Both the position numbers and the translations under genes were made by a program. Under the pieces are notes generated by a model. The model made no database searches, was not told the DNA's origin, and saw nothing but the letters and a program-made list of their open reading frames with translations. This document shows, piece after piece, positions 45,709 through 55,662 of a stretch of DNA of 64,000 nt; position 1 is the first letter of the stretch, and every line of letters starts with the position of its first letter. The stretch is from Desulfomonilia bacterium (GTDB lineage Bacteria; Desulfobacterota; Desulfomonilia; UBA1062), in NCBI GenBank assembly GCA_963664325.2, contig CAXXDQ010000002.1:128001-192000 (forward strand). The letters are read 5' to 3'.

Positions 45709-46413
45709 TTACAGTTTGCCGTACTTCTTATACACTTCAAGAAGAGATTTTCCCTCGCGCAGTTCCTGTCTTGACCTCCGTTCCGCCGCAGCCCTTTCCT
45801 CAGCCATCTCGACAACCTCAGAAAGATCGATGTCCGTAAGGGGTATAACGACTATCCCGTCACGGTCCGCAAAGATGATATCCCCCGGGTTTACCCTGAC
45901 CCCTCCGCAGAATATCGGAGAGCCTATGCCGACAAGGTCGACCCTTCCGATTGAATCGGTAGGGATGCTGCCCTTTGCCCAGACCGGGAAACCGATATCA
46001 AGAACGCGGTTTATATCGCGGATGGGGCCGTCGACGACTGCGCCTTTCACCCCGCCGAAAAACTTGCATGTATGAGCCATGAGTTCACCGAAACCTCCGG
46101 CGCCGTTGAACCCGTTTGTATTGATTACGACTACCTGGCCTTTCTTCATGGAGCCGAAAATCGATTCAAGCATGCCGGCAACGAACTCGGGGTCATAGTC
46201 GGCAAGCCTCATGCTTTTTCTGGTCCGGGCCTCTTCCATCGTGAATGCCGGTCCCGCAATCGCCGCTTCAGGCAGAATCGGGGCGAATCCCGCATGCATG
46301 CACTGGTTCATGAATCCCATTTCGTCAAGCGAATCCGCTATGGCCGGCGTATAGGTCTTTTCGAGCCTTTCGCAAAAGGCGATGATGCCGTCATGAGAAT
46401 ATTGTTTTGCCAT
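45709..46413 (-). CDS. RraA-family / HMG-CHA aldolase-like protein
   Basis: ADSLD, AGPAFT, FGELMA, DGPIRD, PGDIIFADRDGIVVIP; start set at ATG 46413. Confidence 0.88.
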   Translation of the reverse strand: MAKQYSHDGIIAFCERLEKTYTPAIADSLDEMGFMNQCMHAGFAPILPEAAIAGPAFTMEEARTRKSMRLADYDPEFVAGMLESIFGSMKKGQVVVINTNGFNGAGGFGELMAHTCKFFGGVKGAVVDGPIRDINRVLDIGFPVWAKGSIPTDSIGRVDLVGIGSPIFCGGVRVNPGDIIFADRDGIVVIPLTDIDLSEVVEMAEERAAAERRSRQELREGKSLLEVYKKYGKL

Positions 46414-46423
46414 GAAGGTCCCC

Positions 46424-47686
46424 TTAAGAGTTTTCAGCAGATGCCCTGTGTTCAGGGACTTTGACAAGTATTATCGTGCTCAGGAGAATGACGAATGCCG
46501 TAAACAGGAACATCATTGTGTATCCATGCCATTTCCCGGGCCATAAAAGGTTCAGATAGTCGATCGGCATTCCCAGAAGCTGTGCAAGCAGCGGCGCGCC
46601 CGCAGTCGCCAGGTTTGAAAGTCCCATGAGCTTTCCGGCGTCCTCCCCCTGCGCCATGTTGTTGGCAAGCGACCAGTTGGCCGCCAGGAATATGCCTGTG
46701 CTGGTCCCGAACAGGCTTCCATAAACAAGAAGCTGCATTGACGAATGTGCCAGCATAAGCAGCAGTGAACCAGTTATGCCCAGTACGCCCGCAATGACAA
46801 GCATTTTTATATAGCCGACCTTTCCGCCCAGCCATCCCGAGAGGACGGCAAAAAGCATCAGGAATACCCCCAATGCGGCCATCAGGTCCGTTGTCGCCTT
46901 GACCGGGTCATCAGCTCCGACCTTGTCTTTGATGAAGTACATCGCAAATGTCTGAACAGCGGTTAAACCGAATAGAAAGAAAAACCTGGAAGTAAGGAGC
47001 CACCAGTATCCCTTGGGGGCTTTGACGTCCCAGACAACCAGTGTGTTCCGAAGGACTGCAACAATATTGATAGGTGCTTTCGGCTTGTCTGTTGTGGGCT
47101 TTTCCTTTGACCACAAAAGGGTGATCAGGGCGCATACTGCAAGCACGATAATAATTGCGAGCATGGCCGTAGTCGGATGGGTGGTCCCTTTAGGGATGAG
47201 CATCCCGAGTGCAAGCATCCCTACAACCAGACCGATCATCTCGGTAAAAATTTTAATGCCGCTGGCGATGCCTATCTTCTCTGCAGGCACCACATCCGGC
47301 AGCAGGCCCTGAAGCGGCCCCTGGGCGATATTAGAAAAAACCTGGAGAAGCATGAAGCCTATGAACACACCCCATATTCCAGCAGCCCAGCCAATCACGG
47401 CAAGGAAAACCACGTCTCCGATGGTGCCGATAAGTATCATCGGCCGTCTCCTGCCCCATTTTGAAACCCAACCATCACTGATGGCGCCTGCTACAGGCTG
47501 AACCAGAATTGCAATTACGAGCCCCAGGATTTTTATAAGTCCGAGCCAGGTGTTTTTCACGGTCTCGGATACAAGCCCGAGCATTATAACAGGAATAACT
47601 ATGGCGTTCAGGCTGTTCCACATGAAGGACATCCCGAACCAGTATGCATTTATGAAAACAACCTGGAACCTGTCCACTATCTTCAT
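46424..47686 (-). CDS. MFS transporter
   Basis: QPVAGAISD...WGRRRP, about 12 TM segments. Confidence 0.9.
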   Translation of the reverse strand: MKIVDRFQVVFINAYWFGMSFMWNSLNAIVIPVIMLGLVSETVKNTWLGLIKILGLVIAILVQPVAGAISDGWVSKWGRRRPMILIGTIGDVVFLAVIGWAAGIWGVFIGFMLLQVFSNIAQGPLQGLLPDVVPAEKIGIASGIKIFTEMIGLVVGMLALGMLIPKGTTHPTTAMLAIIIVLAVCALITLLWSKEKPTTDKPKAPINIVAVLRNTLVVWDVKAPKGYWWLLTSRFFFLFGLTAVQTFAMYFIKDKVGADDPVKATTDLMAALGVFLMLFAVLSGWLGGKVGYIKMLVIAGVLGITGSLLLMLAHSSMQLLVYGSLFGTSTGIFLAANWSLANNMAQGEDAGKLMGLSNLATAGAPLLAQLLGMPIDYLNLLWPGKWHGYTMMFLFTAFVILLSTIILVKVPEHRASAENS

Positions 47687-47755
47687 CTTTCCTCCCCTTG
47701 AAACATATTTCTTAAAGTCAGCACGTTATAATTGAATTTTTAATTCATTCTATCC

Positions 47756-47878
47756 TGCAGGACGTTAGAACAAAGCAGACCAAGGCGCAACATAATCGAG
47801 AAATGAGACGTGCTTAAGCGTACGCCGCAATAACGAGATGAGGAGCAACGCCGGTATGCAAAGTTATAACGTTCTGTA
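47756..47878 (+). repeat. ERIC/MITE-like repeat, intra-operon copy
   Basis: caggacgttagaacaaagcagacc...gaggagcaacgccggtatgcaaagttataacgttctg-TA. Confidence 0.8.
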
Positions 47879-47879
47879 T

Positions 47880-49085
47880 TTACCATCTCGATTTCAGATA
47901 CAGCGGTTCAGGCTTTACCCGGTCCTTGAACCCGCCGGCCATGAACAGCTCATAAACTTCATTATACTGCTTCAGCTTGTCATAATCCAGTTTTACTCCG
48001 AGGCCCGGCCCGGCAGGAACTTTCATCCCGCCGTTTTCATAGGGGATGGGGCCGCCGATGATAATATCATCATCAATATAATGATAATGGGCGTCGGGGG
48101 CATGATGTATGCTGGGGAGCGCGGCGCCGAGGTGCAGTATGGCGGCCATGGATACGCCGAACTCGGTCCCAGAATGCATGCCGAGGTCGAGGCCGAATGA
48201 TTCGCACAGCCTTGAAAGGGCCTTGACAGCATGCAGGCCTCCGTACCAGTGCGGGTCGGCAAGGATCACGTCAACCGCATCCATGATGGCTGCCGGGCCG
48301 ATATCCTCCCAGCCGAAGCAAGCCATGTTCGAGGCCAGAGGCATGAACGGGGCCATACGCTTAAGCTTGGCCATGGCTGCAATTCCCCAGACAGGGTCTT
48401 CAAGGTATTCCATGTTGAGGCTCTGGCAGCTTTTAGCGACCCTGACAGCCGTGGTAAGCGCCCAGGAGCTGTTGGGGTCCAGCCTCACAGGCACGCCGGG
48501 CATGCGCTCGTTCAGATGCCGTACCGTTTCGACTTCGAGGTCAGGTCTGAAAACTCCGCCCTTGAACTTGATTGAGGCGCAGCCCTTGTTTTCGCAGAGG
48601 TCGGCGCAGTGTTCGACAATACGGGAATCAGCCTCTTCCCAGGGTATGTCATCACCGCCCGGCGACTGGTAAAAGATGTATGCCGAGAGTGGAACGAGGT
48701 CACGCATCTTGCCGCCAAGCAGGTCATGTACCGGTCTTCCTGCCGCCTGGCCCTGAATGTCCAGGCAGGCGAATTCAATGGCTGAAAACGCATTGGCAAG
48801 GTTCGGTCCGAACATGCGTACATAAAGGGCGTTGTTCAGCCTGGCCCGGATGCGCTCCAGACTGAATGGGTCTTCGCCCACGATGTGGGCCTTGCTGGCC
48901 TTGAGGACTTCCTCCATCTGCCTGCCGCTGGGCGTGAGCGTGGTTTCGCCGAGGCCAGTAATTCCTTCATCGGTCATCACCTGCAGAATGACCCGGCCGA
49001 AACCGGGATGTCTTCCCCATGCATGAAGAAGCGTCATTTCAAGCGGGATTGCAACCGGTGTAACAACCAGGTCGGTTATTTTCAT
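47880..49085 (-). CDS. Enolase-superfamily acid-sugar dehydratase (glucarate dehydratase-like)
   Basis: KFKGG, DPN, EDP, SNM metal ligands, MHS. Confidence 0.88.
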   Translation of the reverse strand: MKITDLVVTPVAIPLEMTLLHAWGRHPGFGRVILQVMTDEGITGLGETTLTPSGRQMEEVLKASKAHIVGEDPFSLERIRARLNNALYVRMFGPNLANAFSAIEFACLDIQGQAAGRPVHDLLGGKMRDLVPLSAYIFYQSPGGDDIPWEEADSRIVEHCADLCENKGCASIKFKGGVFRPDLEVETVRHLNERMPGVPVRLDPNSSWALTTAVRVAKSCQSLNMEYLEDPVWGIAAMAKLKRMAPFMPLASNMACFGWEDIGPAAIMDAVDVILADPHWYGGLHAVKALSRLCESFGLDLGMHSGTEFGVSMAAILHLGAALPSIHHAPDAHYHYIDDDIIIGGPIPYENGGMKVPAGPGLGVKLDYDKLKQYNEVYELFMAGGFKDRVKPEPLYLKSRW

Positions 49086-49101
49086 TTTTCACCTCCAATA
49101 T

Positions 49102-51684
49102 TTATGAACCGGCATGTATGCCGATAGTCTGTACCCCATAAGGGCGAATTCTTATCCTGCCGTCAGGAACCGGTGTGAAATTATCAAGGGCCATGTCACA
49201 GGAATATATTTTAAGAGGGAAGGGCGAATGGAGCCCGGCTTGCAGCGGACGGCCTGTCGGATTGTAAAGCCTGGCGAATATCCGGCCATGTCTTACAAAC
49301 AAAGCGCTCAGCAGGACTTCATCGGGGCTTACCGAAAAAAAACTCAGTTTGTCGATTGGATTTTCTGAAAGAGTCTGGCTGCATAATGCAAAGGATGCCG
49401 GAAGCCTTGTTTCTTCCGCGCATTTTATGGCTTCGAGCCTGTTTTTGTAGGGCAGCAGCGAATAGCGGAACCGGTGTATACCATTCAACTTTACATATTT
49501 CGAGCCGTTCGGGCTGAACGAATCATCGCTTGCATACATCCATGAGGGGGGTGACCATGCAAGCGCGAGCCTGAGAATGCCGGCATCCTTGTCGTAGTGA
49601 AAGCCCCTGGCGCCGGGGCAGATTACGGCAAGCCCCGAACCGTCATGCTCGATTCCGGCCCAGTTGTTGCCGATAAAGGTTTCAATGTTTGTTACTTCAG
49701 ATATGAAAGGCGCCGAACGGATGACAGAACCCTTGCATAAGGGAAAACACACGCACAGCTTTTTGCCGTCCATTGCATAGAAGCCCTTGCCGTCTGAAGG
49801 TTCAGGGCCGAAAGTCAAGTTTTCGTCAAAGGTGAATCCTGCCTCCACATCGATCCTGGCAAGGTTTTTGTAGAATGTATATGCCTGTGTGCAGGGTATG
49901 CCGGCTAATTTTCCGGAAAGCTCCCATCTGCAGAAGATATCGCCGTCCGCTGTTGCGACAGGAGTGCTTCCCGTTTTTTTTGAATCGAGAAGGGCTCCGT
50001 TGATGACTGCGCTGAAATATGAGCCTTTGTCGATCAGTGCAAGATCCCCTGCAGATATGCTCAAAAGACCTTTTTCCAAGGAGGCTTTATAGAAACCGTT
50101 GGCAAAAGACGGATCATTTGTTATCCGGCGCCTGCTTGTCTGCATGTCCGTTTTTTTAAGCTTCAGTACACTAAGACCCAGGGGCGGGATTTCATGCTGG
50201 AAGTATGTTCTGTCGGTATCCGCCTGACATTCAAGCTCCGTATCATTATAAAAGACCTTCCATGCGCCCGGTATATGAAAAACATCACTCCTTTTCCCTG
50301 CATGGGGATTGAACAGGATCAGGCAGGGTGTCCCCTCTTCATCGGTATTTATCTGAGGCAGTAGTTTCTTGAATGAGTAAAGGGTCAGCTTTTCTGCCGA
50401 AAGCAATACATCACGGCAAAGATCCTGCGCATATGCCGATATGGGTTTTTCATGGGCCAGGCTGAGCCAGGGTCCGCAAATATGAAAGTCATGATGCTGT
50501 GCTGTCAGCAGCGTCTCCCATGCATGGTGCAATTCATTCTCCCTGCTGATCCTCCCCAGTGCATGGACAATCGCATCTATCCTTTCGGCGGCGAGAAGCG
50601 CCGATTCGGCATCATCACGCGCGCTTAAAAGAGAATCGCTTTCAAGGCCGAAGGGCAATGACATTATAAAATCGTCTGAAGAGAATCTTTTAACAGGGAC
50701 ATTCCCGTAATCACGTCCTGCGGCATGCTCTTTGAAGAATGAAGTGAGTGTTGTAAAATGGATGGAGTTTTGATTCGCAAGCCCGGCGGATACGGGTATT
50801 GGAGATTCATGGGGAGACAGGTCTTCCATTGCTGAAATAAGCATCGGAGCGGTTCCCATATCTGTAGCCAGGCAAGCGGATGATTCGAGCCATTTCTTAT
50901 TCCACTGGCTGCTGTGGGCACCGGAAATGTTGCCTCGGAGCAACCCTTCATACAGGTCATTTCTGTTCGAGTAGTCCATCCAGCCGTACCTCGGGACCGC
51001 AGTTACGGATGAGCCGTCAGGGCCAATCCAACTGATAAAGGGTGAATTGATGCCTGTTTCCCCGCCGAAAGGAGCCCAGTGCGTCCTTACAAGCGCATAG
51101 GGGATGGAAAAACCGTTCAGTATCTGCGGGAGCTGCGAGCAGAAACACGGCTCCTGGCAGGCATAGGCTGAGACTTTGAAGCCGGCCGTTTCCCGGATTG
51201 TTCTGAGCCCGTGCTCGAACTGCCTGATGACGGCTTCTCCGCTTATGGTCTGGAGAAGGGGCTGCGAAAAGGTCCCGTTAACTACTTCAATCTTTCCTTC
51301 GTTAACAAGTTTTTTCAGGCGTGAAAAGGCGTTTTGCTGGTTATCGGCCATGTGTTTGAAAGTTGCTGCATCAAGTTCAAGCACCAGCGGGATTCCCAGC
51401 TTTTCCGCCCTGTAAAGAAGCGTGTTGCCTACGGCAGGCCAGATGAGATTATTCCATAGCCCGCCTTTTCTCAGTATCAGCCAGTCCCAGTACAGAATGC
51501 CGCCATGATAGCCTTCCATGATATAAACAGGCGATTTTAAACTGATGTTCTGAATGGACTGGTCTGTTCTTTGCCTTTTGGACATAAATGAATGAAACCA
51601 TGCAAAGAGCCTGAGAAAATTACGGGCAAGAATCGGGGGCGCATGCCGTGAAGAGATTATTTCAAGTAATGTGTTATCTGACAT
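49102..51684 (-). CDS. Divergent GH38-like glycoside hydrolase
   Basis: SGEAVIRQ, SQLPQILNGF, WIGPDGS, QHHD, LFNP, RLYNP architecture; start set at ATG 51684. Confidence 0.7.
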   Translation of the reverse strand: MSDNTLLEIISSRHAPPILARNFLRLFAWFHSFMSKRQRTDQSIQNISLKSPVYIMEGYHGGILYWDWLILRKGGLWNNLIWPAVGNTLLYRAEKLGIPLVLELDAATFKHMADNQQNAFSRLKKLVNEGKIEVVNGTFSQPLLQTISGEAVIRQFEHGLRTIRETAGFKVSAYACQEPCFCSQLPQILNGFSIPYALVRTHWAPFGGETGINSPFISWIGPDGSSVTAVPRYGWMDYSNRNDLYEGLLRGNISGAHSSQWNKKWLESSACLATDMGTAPMLISAMEDLSPHESPIPVSAGLANQNSIHFTTLTSFFKEHAAGRDYGNVPVKRFSSDDFIMSLPFGLESDSLLSARDDAESALLAAERIDAIVHALGRISRENELHHAWETLLTAQHHDFHICGPWLSLAHEKPISAYAQDLCRDVLLSAEKLTLYSFKKLLPQINTDEEGTPCLILFNPHAGKRSDVFHIPGAWKVFYNDTELECQADTDRTYFQHEIPPLGLSVLKLKKTDMQTSRRRITNDPSFANGFYKASLEKGLLSISAGDLALIDKGSYFSAVINGALLDSKKTGSTPVATADGDIFCRWELSGKLAGIPCTQAYTFYKNLARIDVEAGFTFDENLTFGPEPSDGKGFYAMDGKKLCVCFPLCKGSVIRSAPFISEVTNIETFIGNNWAGIEHDGSGLAVICPGARGFHYDKDAGILRLALAWSPPSWMYASDDSFSPNGSKYVKLNGIHRFRYSLLPYKNRLEAIKCAEETRLPASFALCSQTLSENPIDKLSFFSVSPDEVLLSALFVRHGRIFARLYNPTGRPLQAGLHSPFPLKIYSCDMALDNFTPVPDGRIRIRPYGVQTIGIHAGS

Positions 51685-52462
51685 CTCCCTGCACCCTGTC
51701 AGGATCCCATGTCTCACCTGCGATCAGAACTTTCGCACCGAGGGATGCCGATTCCATCAACAGCTCCCATTTCCTGAGCGTTTCATTAACCAGCAATGAT
51801 GTGTCCCCGGTAATCTTCACCTTGCCTTTGAGGTCAAGCCATTTTCCAGAACAGTCCATATGCAGCGGAACAGTGAATTTTGGCGCCACGGTCTGTGCAA
51901 AGCGGGTTGCATCTCTCAGGTCCATCCCGTCCTTTCCGAATATAGGATAGTATGCGCATGCTGCCTGAATAAGTGCAGCATCAATGGCAAAGGACATGAG
52001 GCCGCGTATTGTTTTTTGAGAAAGTCTTGTATCGCCGCTGAAATATACTGATTTGCCTGCCTCAATGACAAATCCGATTGCATCCGAAGCCAGCGGGTGC
52101 TCGGCATGGATGGCATTAAGGCGAATGCCTTTGAATACAAACATATCACCTTCGGAAAGTGCCCTGATGTTTTTCAAACCGAATTTTTCCGCCCTGCGGG
52201 CCACCCTTTTCGAACCTATGACCGTACATCCTGTCCTGTTCGCCAATTCCATGGCCTTCTGATCGAAATGGTCTATATGATTATGGGAAACAAGCATTGC
52301 ATCAATTGCAGTTATCTCATCAGGTGCCATCGACGGTCCGACAAGCCTTGGCGCAAGGATTTTCTCAAGACGGTTGCATGGTCCAAACCAGGGATCGGTA
52401 AGGAAACGCACACCGTCGGTCTCAATCGACACCGTCATATGGCCGATCAGCCTTATTTCCAT
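51674..52462 (-). CDS. MBL-fold metallo-hydrolase (UlaG-like)
   Basis: LTDPW, SHNHIDHFD, YFSGDT, VPLH; start at ATG 52462. Confidence 0.88.
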   Translation of the reverse strand: MEIRLIGHMTVSIETDGVRFLTDPWFGPCNRLEKILAPRLVGPSMAPDEITAIDAMLVSHNHIDHFDQKAMELANRTGCTVIGSKRVARRAEKFGLKNIRALSEGDMFVFKGIRLNAIHAEHPLASDAIGFVIEAGKSVYFSGDTRLSQKTIRGLMSFAIDAALIQAACAYYPIFGKDGMDLRDATRFAQTVAPKFTVPLHMDCSGKWLDLKGKVKITGDTSLLVNETLRKWELLMESASLGAKVLIAGETWDPDRVQGDVR

Positions 52463-52505
52463 ATGTGTAAGCCCCCTCCAAGAAGAAGAATGAAAGACGA
52501 TATTC

Positions 52506-53222
52506 TTAAACCCTGTTGCCCTTATGCGGCCGGTCAAGACGGGAATGGAATTCGGAAACCTCTTTTATATGCTTTTCCATGGCGAGTCTGGCCGCGTTTG
52601 TTTTACGGGAATGGACGGCGGATAGCACCAGCCTGTGAGAGTCAAGTTCCCATTTGAGATAATCCCTGTCCTTTTCAAGGGATTCTCCCAGAGAAACTAG
52701 CATGCCGATGATCGATTCCATGAACCGCATGAAGACAATATTGTGTGAAGCCTGTGCAATGCGTACATGGAATTCGCCGTTAAGCGTTGTTACCGGCCTG
52801 TTTTCCGAAATCAGATGCGCGCACTTCTCAAGCAGCTCACTCATCTGATCGTATTCGACTGTCGTATGCCGTTTCGCGGCCAGGCCTGCGATAGCGGGCT
52901 CAATGAGCAGCCTTGCTTCAAGAAAATCGCTGTTTGTCTCTGAACCTACAAGAGGGGTGAAAATATGCGGATTAACTATAACGTTCTTGGAGATGTCCTT
53001 TACGAATGTCCCCTGTCCGGGATGCGTTTCAAGAATTCCCATTATGGCGAGCGACTGAAACGCTTCGCGTACTGACGAGCGGCCGACCTGATATTTTGCC
53101 ATCAGGTCCTTTTCTGTCGGCAGACGGGAACCGGGAGCAAAGGCCCCGTTCCGGATATGTTCAATGATGATCTTTGCAAGCGACTCGGAAAGATTTGTTT
53201 TGATCAGCGGTTCCATAAGCAC
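52506..53222 (-). CDS. GntR/FadR-family regulator
   Basis: LPTEKDL...VGRSSVREA...GQGTFV; FCD EARLLIE, FH..IA. Confidence 0.93.
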   Translation of the reverse strand: MLMEPLIKTNLSESLAKIIIEHIRNGAFAPGSRLPTEKDLMAKYQVGRSSVREAFQSLAIMGILETHPGQGTFVKDISKNVIVNPHIFTPLVGSETNSDFLEARLLIEPAIAGLAAKRHTTVEYDQMSELLEKCAHLISENRPVTTLNGEFHVRIAQASHNIVFMRFMESIIGMLVSLGESLEKDRDYLKWELDSHRLVLSAVHSRKTNAARLAMEKHIKEVSEFHSRLDRPHKGNRV

Positions 53223-53238
53223 CCTTCATCATAATATC

Positions 53239-53255
53239 ATAATGTCAGACATTAT
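53239..53255. promoter_or_regulatory. Probable GntR/FadR operator overlapping the operon promoter
   Basis: Perfect palindrome ATAATGTC-A-GACATTAT; minus-strand TTGACC...TATAAT lies immediately upstream and overlaps it. Confidence 0.65.
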
Positions 53256-53493
53256 ATCATAGAAGCATCCGGGTCAAGACTAAATTATGCCTTTGCTAAA
53301 CCGGCCTGATGATATCGAAATCAAGATGAGGAAAATAATATGAATGAAAGATATAAAAAAGAATTTTATGAGACGGGTTGAAGTTGTTGGTGTATTTTTA
53401 TATACCGGTTACATTAAACTTTTTTTAAGCCGGTTGCAGGCTTCTTAAATAAGGCCGGGCAAAACTGAAAATAAATTATGTACAGGGGTAAAA

Positions 53494-54135
53494 ATGGCCG
53501 ATCAGGAAAAAGCAGGTGGAAAAATCACCCCGATTGGGTTGACAGGCGGCATATCAACAGGGAAGTCAACTGTTTCAGGGATGCTTTCTGAACTGGGCGC
53601 TGTCGTTATCGACGCCGATAAGATCGCTTTTGATGCAGTCCTTAAAGGGCAGCCCGCCTGGCAAAAGATAACAGATTGTTTCGGTGAGTGTATTCTTCTA
53701 GGAAACGGCGAGATTAACAGGAAGGCGCTCGGCGATATCATCTTTAATGATCCGGATAAAAAAAATGCACTCAATATGATCGTCCATCCCGAGGTTTTCA
53801 GCGAAATGGGAAGGCAGGTCATTGAGGCGTCGAAGAGACCCGGAACCGTTATCATCCTTGATGTGCCGCTGTTGATAGAATCCGGTATGGACAAGGGCAT
53901 GAGCGAGGTCATACTTGTCTATACTCCCGAAAAAGTCCAGCTTGAAAGGCTTATGGCAAGGGATAATATAAACAGTGCCGAAGCGATGGCCAGGATCCGC
54001 TCCCAGATGCCTGTTGAAGAAAAGAAAAGGCATGCAACAATAATAATCGATAACAGTTTCAGCATCAGGGAAACACGTGAGCAGGTAATAAAAATATTCA
54101 ACCAACTGAAAAACAGGTGCGCAAAGGTTGACTAG
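53494..54135 (+). CDS. coaE: Dephospho-CoA kinase
   Basis: GLTGGISTGKST, IDAD, DVPLLIE, RSQM. Confidence 0.96.
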   Translation: MADQEKAGGKITPIGLTGGISTGKSTVSGMLSELGAVVIDADKIAFDAVLKGQPAWQKITDCFGECILLGNGEINRKALGDIIFNDPDKKNALNMIVHPEVFSEMGRQVIEASKRPGTVIILDVPLLIESGMDKGMSEVILVYTPEKVQLERLMARDNINSAEAMARIRSQMPVEEKKRHATIIIDNSFSIRETREQVIKIFNQLKNRCAKVD

Positions 54136-54205
54136 GATTAAATTTGCGATTATGAAAAACCTTGACTTGAACAGCAGGACAGCCATTCAAAACGAGAGGT
54201 GAGTT

Positions 54206-55090
54206 ATGGATAGAAACGATCAGATTCTTGTAAACAGGGGCCTAGCCCAGATGTTGAAGGGTGGAGTCATCATGGATGTCACGACGCCTGAGCAGGCCAA
54301 GATCGCCGAAGATGCGGGCGCCGTCGCAGTCATGGCGCTTGAGCGCGTGCCGGCAGATATCCGTGCACAGGGCGGTGTCGCAAGAATGAGCGACCCTGCG
54401 ATAATCAAGGCGATAAAGCAGGCTGTGACAATCCCCGTAATGGCAAAGGCCAGGATCGGCCATATCGTTGAAGCGCAGGTGCTTGAGGCCCTCGAAATAG
54501 ATTACATTGATGAGAGTGAAGTTCTGACCCCGGCCGATGAGGCCAATCATATTGACAAGCATGCATTCAGGATTCCGTTCGTATGCGGCTGCCGCGACCT
54601 GGGAGAGGCATTAAGACGTGTGGGTGAAGGTGCCGCCATGATTCGCACAAAAGGCGAGGCGGGCACCGGCAACATAGTCGAGGCGGTCCGCCACATGAGG
54701 ACGGTCATGCAGCAGATCAGGCGGGTTGTTTCCATGAGCGATGACGAGATTTATTCATATGCAAAAGAGATCGGCGCACCTCTTTGCCTGGTAAAGGGAA
54801 TCAAGGCTGACGGCAAGCTTCCTGTCGTGAACTTCGCAGCGGGCGGGGTTGCAACACCCTCAGATGCCGCGCTCATGATGGTGCTGGGCGCAGACGGCGT
54901 ATTCGTGGGCTCCGGTATATTCAAGTCTTCAAACCCTTCGGTCATGGCAAAGGCGATAGTTGAAGCGACTGCCCATTATGACGATCCGAAACTGATTGCA
55001 CGTGTCAGTGAAAATCTGGGTGCAGCAATGAAAGGCCTTGAATTGGCTGCAATTCCAAAAGAAGAGAGGCTGGCAACAAGAGGCTGGTAA
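54206..55090 (+). CDS. pdxS: PLP synthase lyase subunit
   Basis: [29 protein letters not shown]. Confidence 0.98.
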   Translation: MDRNDQILVNRGLAQMLKGGVIMDVTTPEQAKIAEDAGAVAVMALERVPADIRAQGGVARMSDPAIIKAIKQAVTIPVMAKARIGHIVEAQVLEALEIDYIDESEVLTPADEANHIDKHAFRIPFVCGCRDLGEALRRVGEGAAMIRTKGEAGTGNIVEAVRHMRTVMQQIRRVVSMSDDEIYSYAKEIGAPLCLVKGIKADGKLPVVNFAAGGVATPSDAALMMVLGADGVFVGSGIFKSSNPSVMAKAIVEATAHYDDPKLIARVSENLGAAMKGLELAAIPKEERLATRGW

Positions 55091-55635
55091 TGATCGGGAT
55101 CCTGGCCCTTCAAGGGGATGTCATTGAGCATGTCAACAAACTGACAGAGAGGGGAATCCCCAGCAGGCTTGTAAGATATCCTGAACACCTTGAAGGAATC
55201 CGGGGGCTGATACTGCCCGGTGGAGAAAGCACAACTTTAACAAAGCTGATCCGTCTTTCCGGTCTGGAACAACCGATAAAAAACCTGATCAAGTCAGGGC
55301 TTCCGGTATGGGGTACATGCGCCGGGGTCATCCTTCTTTCAAAGGGCGGCATTCTTGAATGTCTTGACCTTGAAGTCGAAAGAAACGCCTATGGAGCACA
55401 GCTTGACAGCTTTGTGAAAACCGGAACTTTTCTATCAAAACAGATCCCCATGGTTTTCATCCGTGCGCCCAGGATAAGAAAAGTCCGGGGTTCATGCGAA
55501 ATCCTAATTGTCCTTGACGATCACATCGTCGCCGTACGTTCGGGCAATATCCTTCTTTCAACTTTCCATCCGGAGCTTACCGACGATCCTGTATTCATCG
55601 AATATTTCCTGTCGATGATCAGCCGGAAGCCGTGA
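55090..55635 (+). CDS. pdxT: PLP synthase glutaminase subunit
   Basis: LALQG, PGGEST, GTCAG, FHPEL. Confidence 0.97.
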   Translation: MIGILALQGDVIEHVNKLTERGIPSRLVRYPEHLEGIRGLILPGGESTTLTKLIRLSGLEQPIKNLIKSGLPVWGTCAGVILLSKGGILECLDLEVERNAYGAQLDSFVKTGTFLSKQIPMVFIRAPRIRKVRGSCEILIVLDDHIVAVRSGNILLSTFHPELTDDPVFIEYFLSMISRKP

Positions 55636-55662
55636 CATTGGCCGGATATACGGCCCGGCCTG

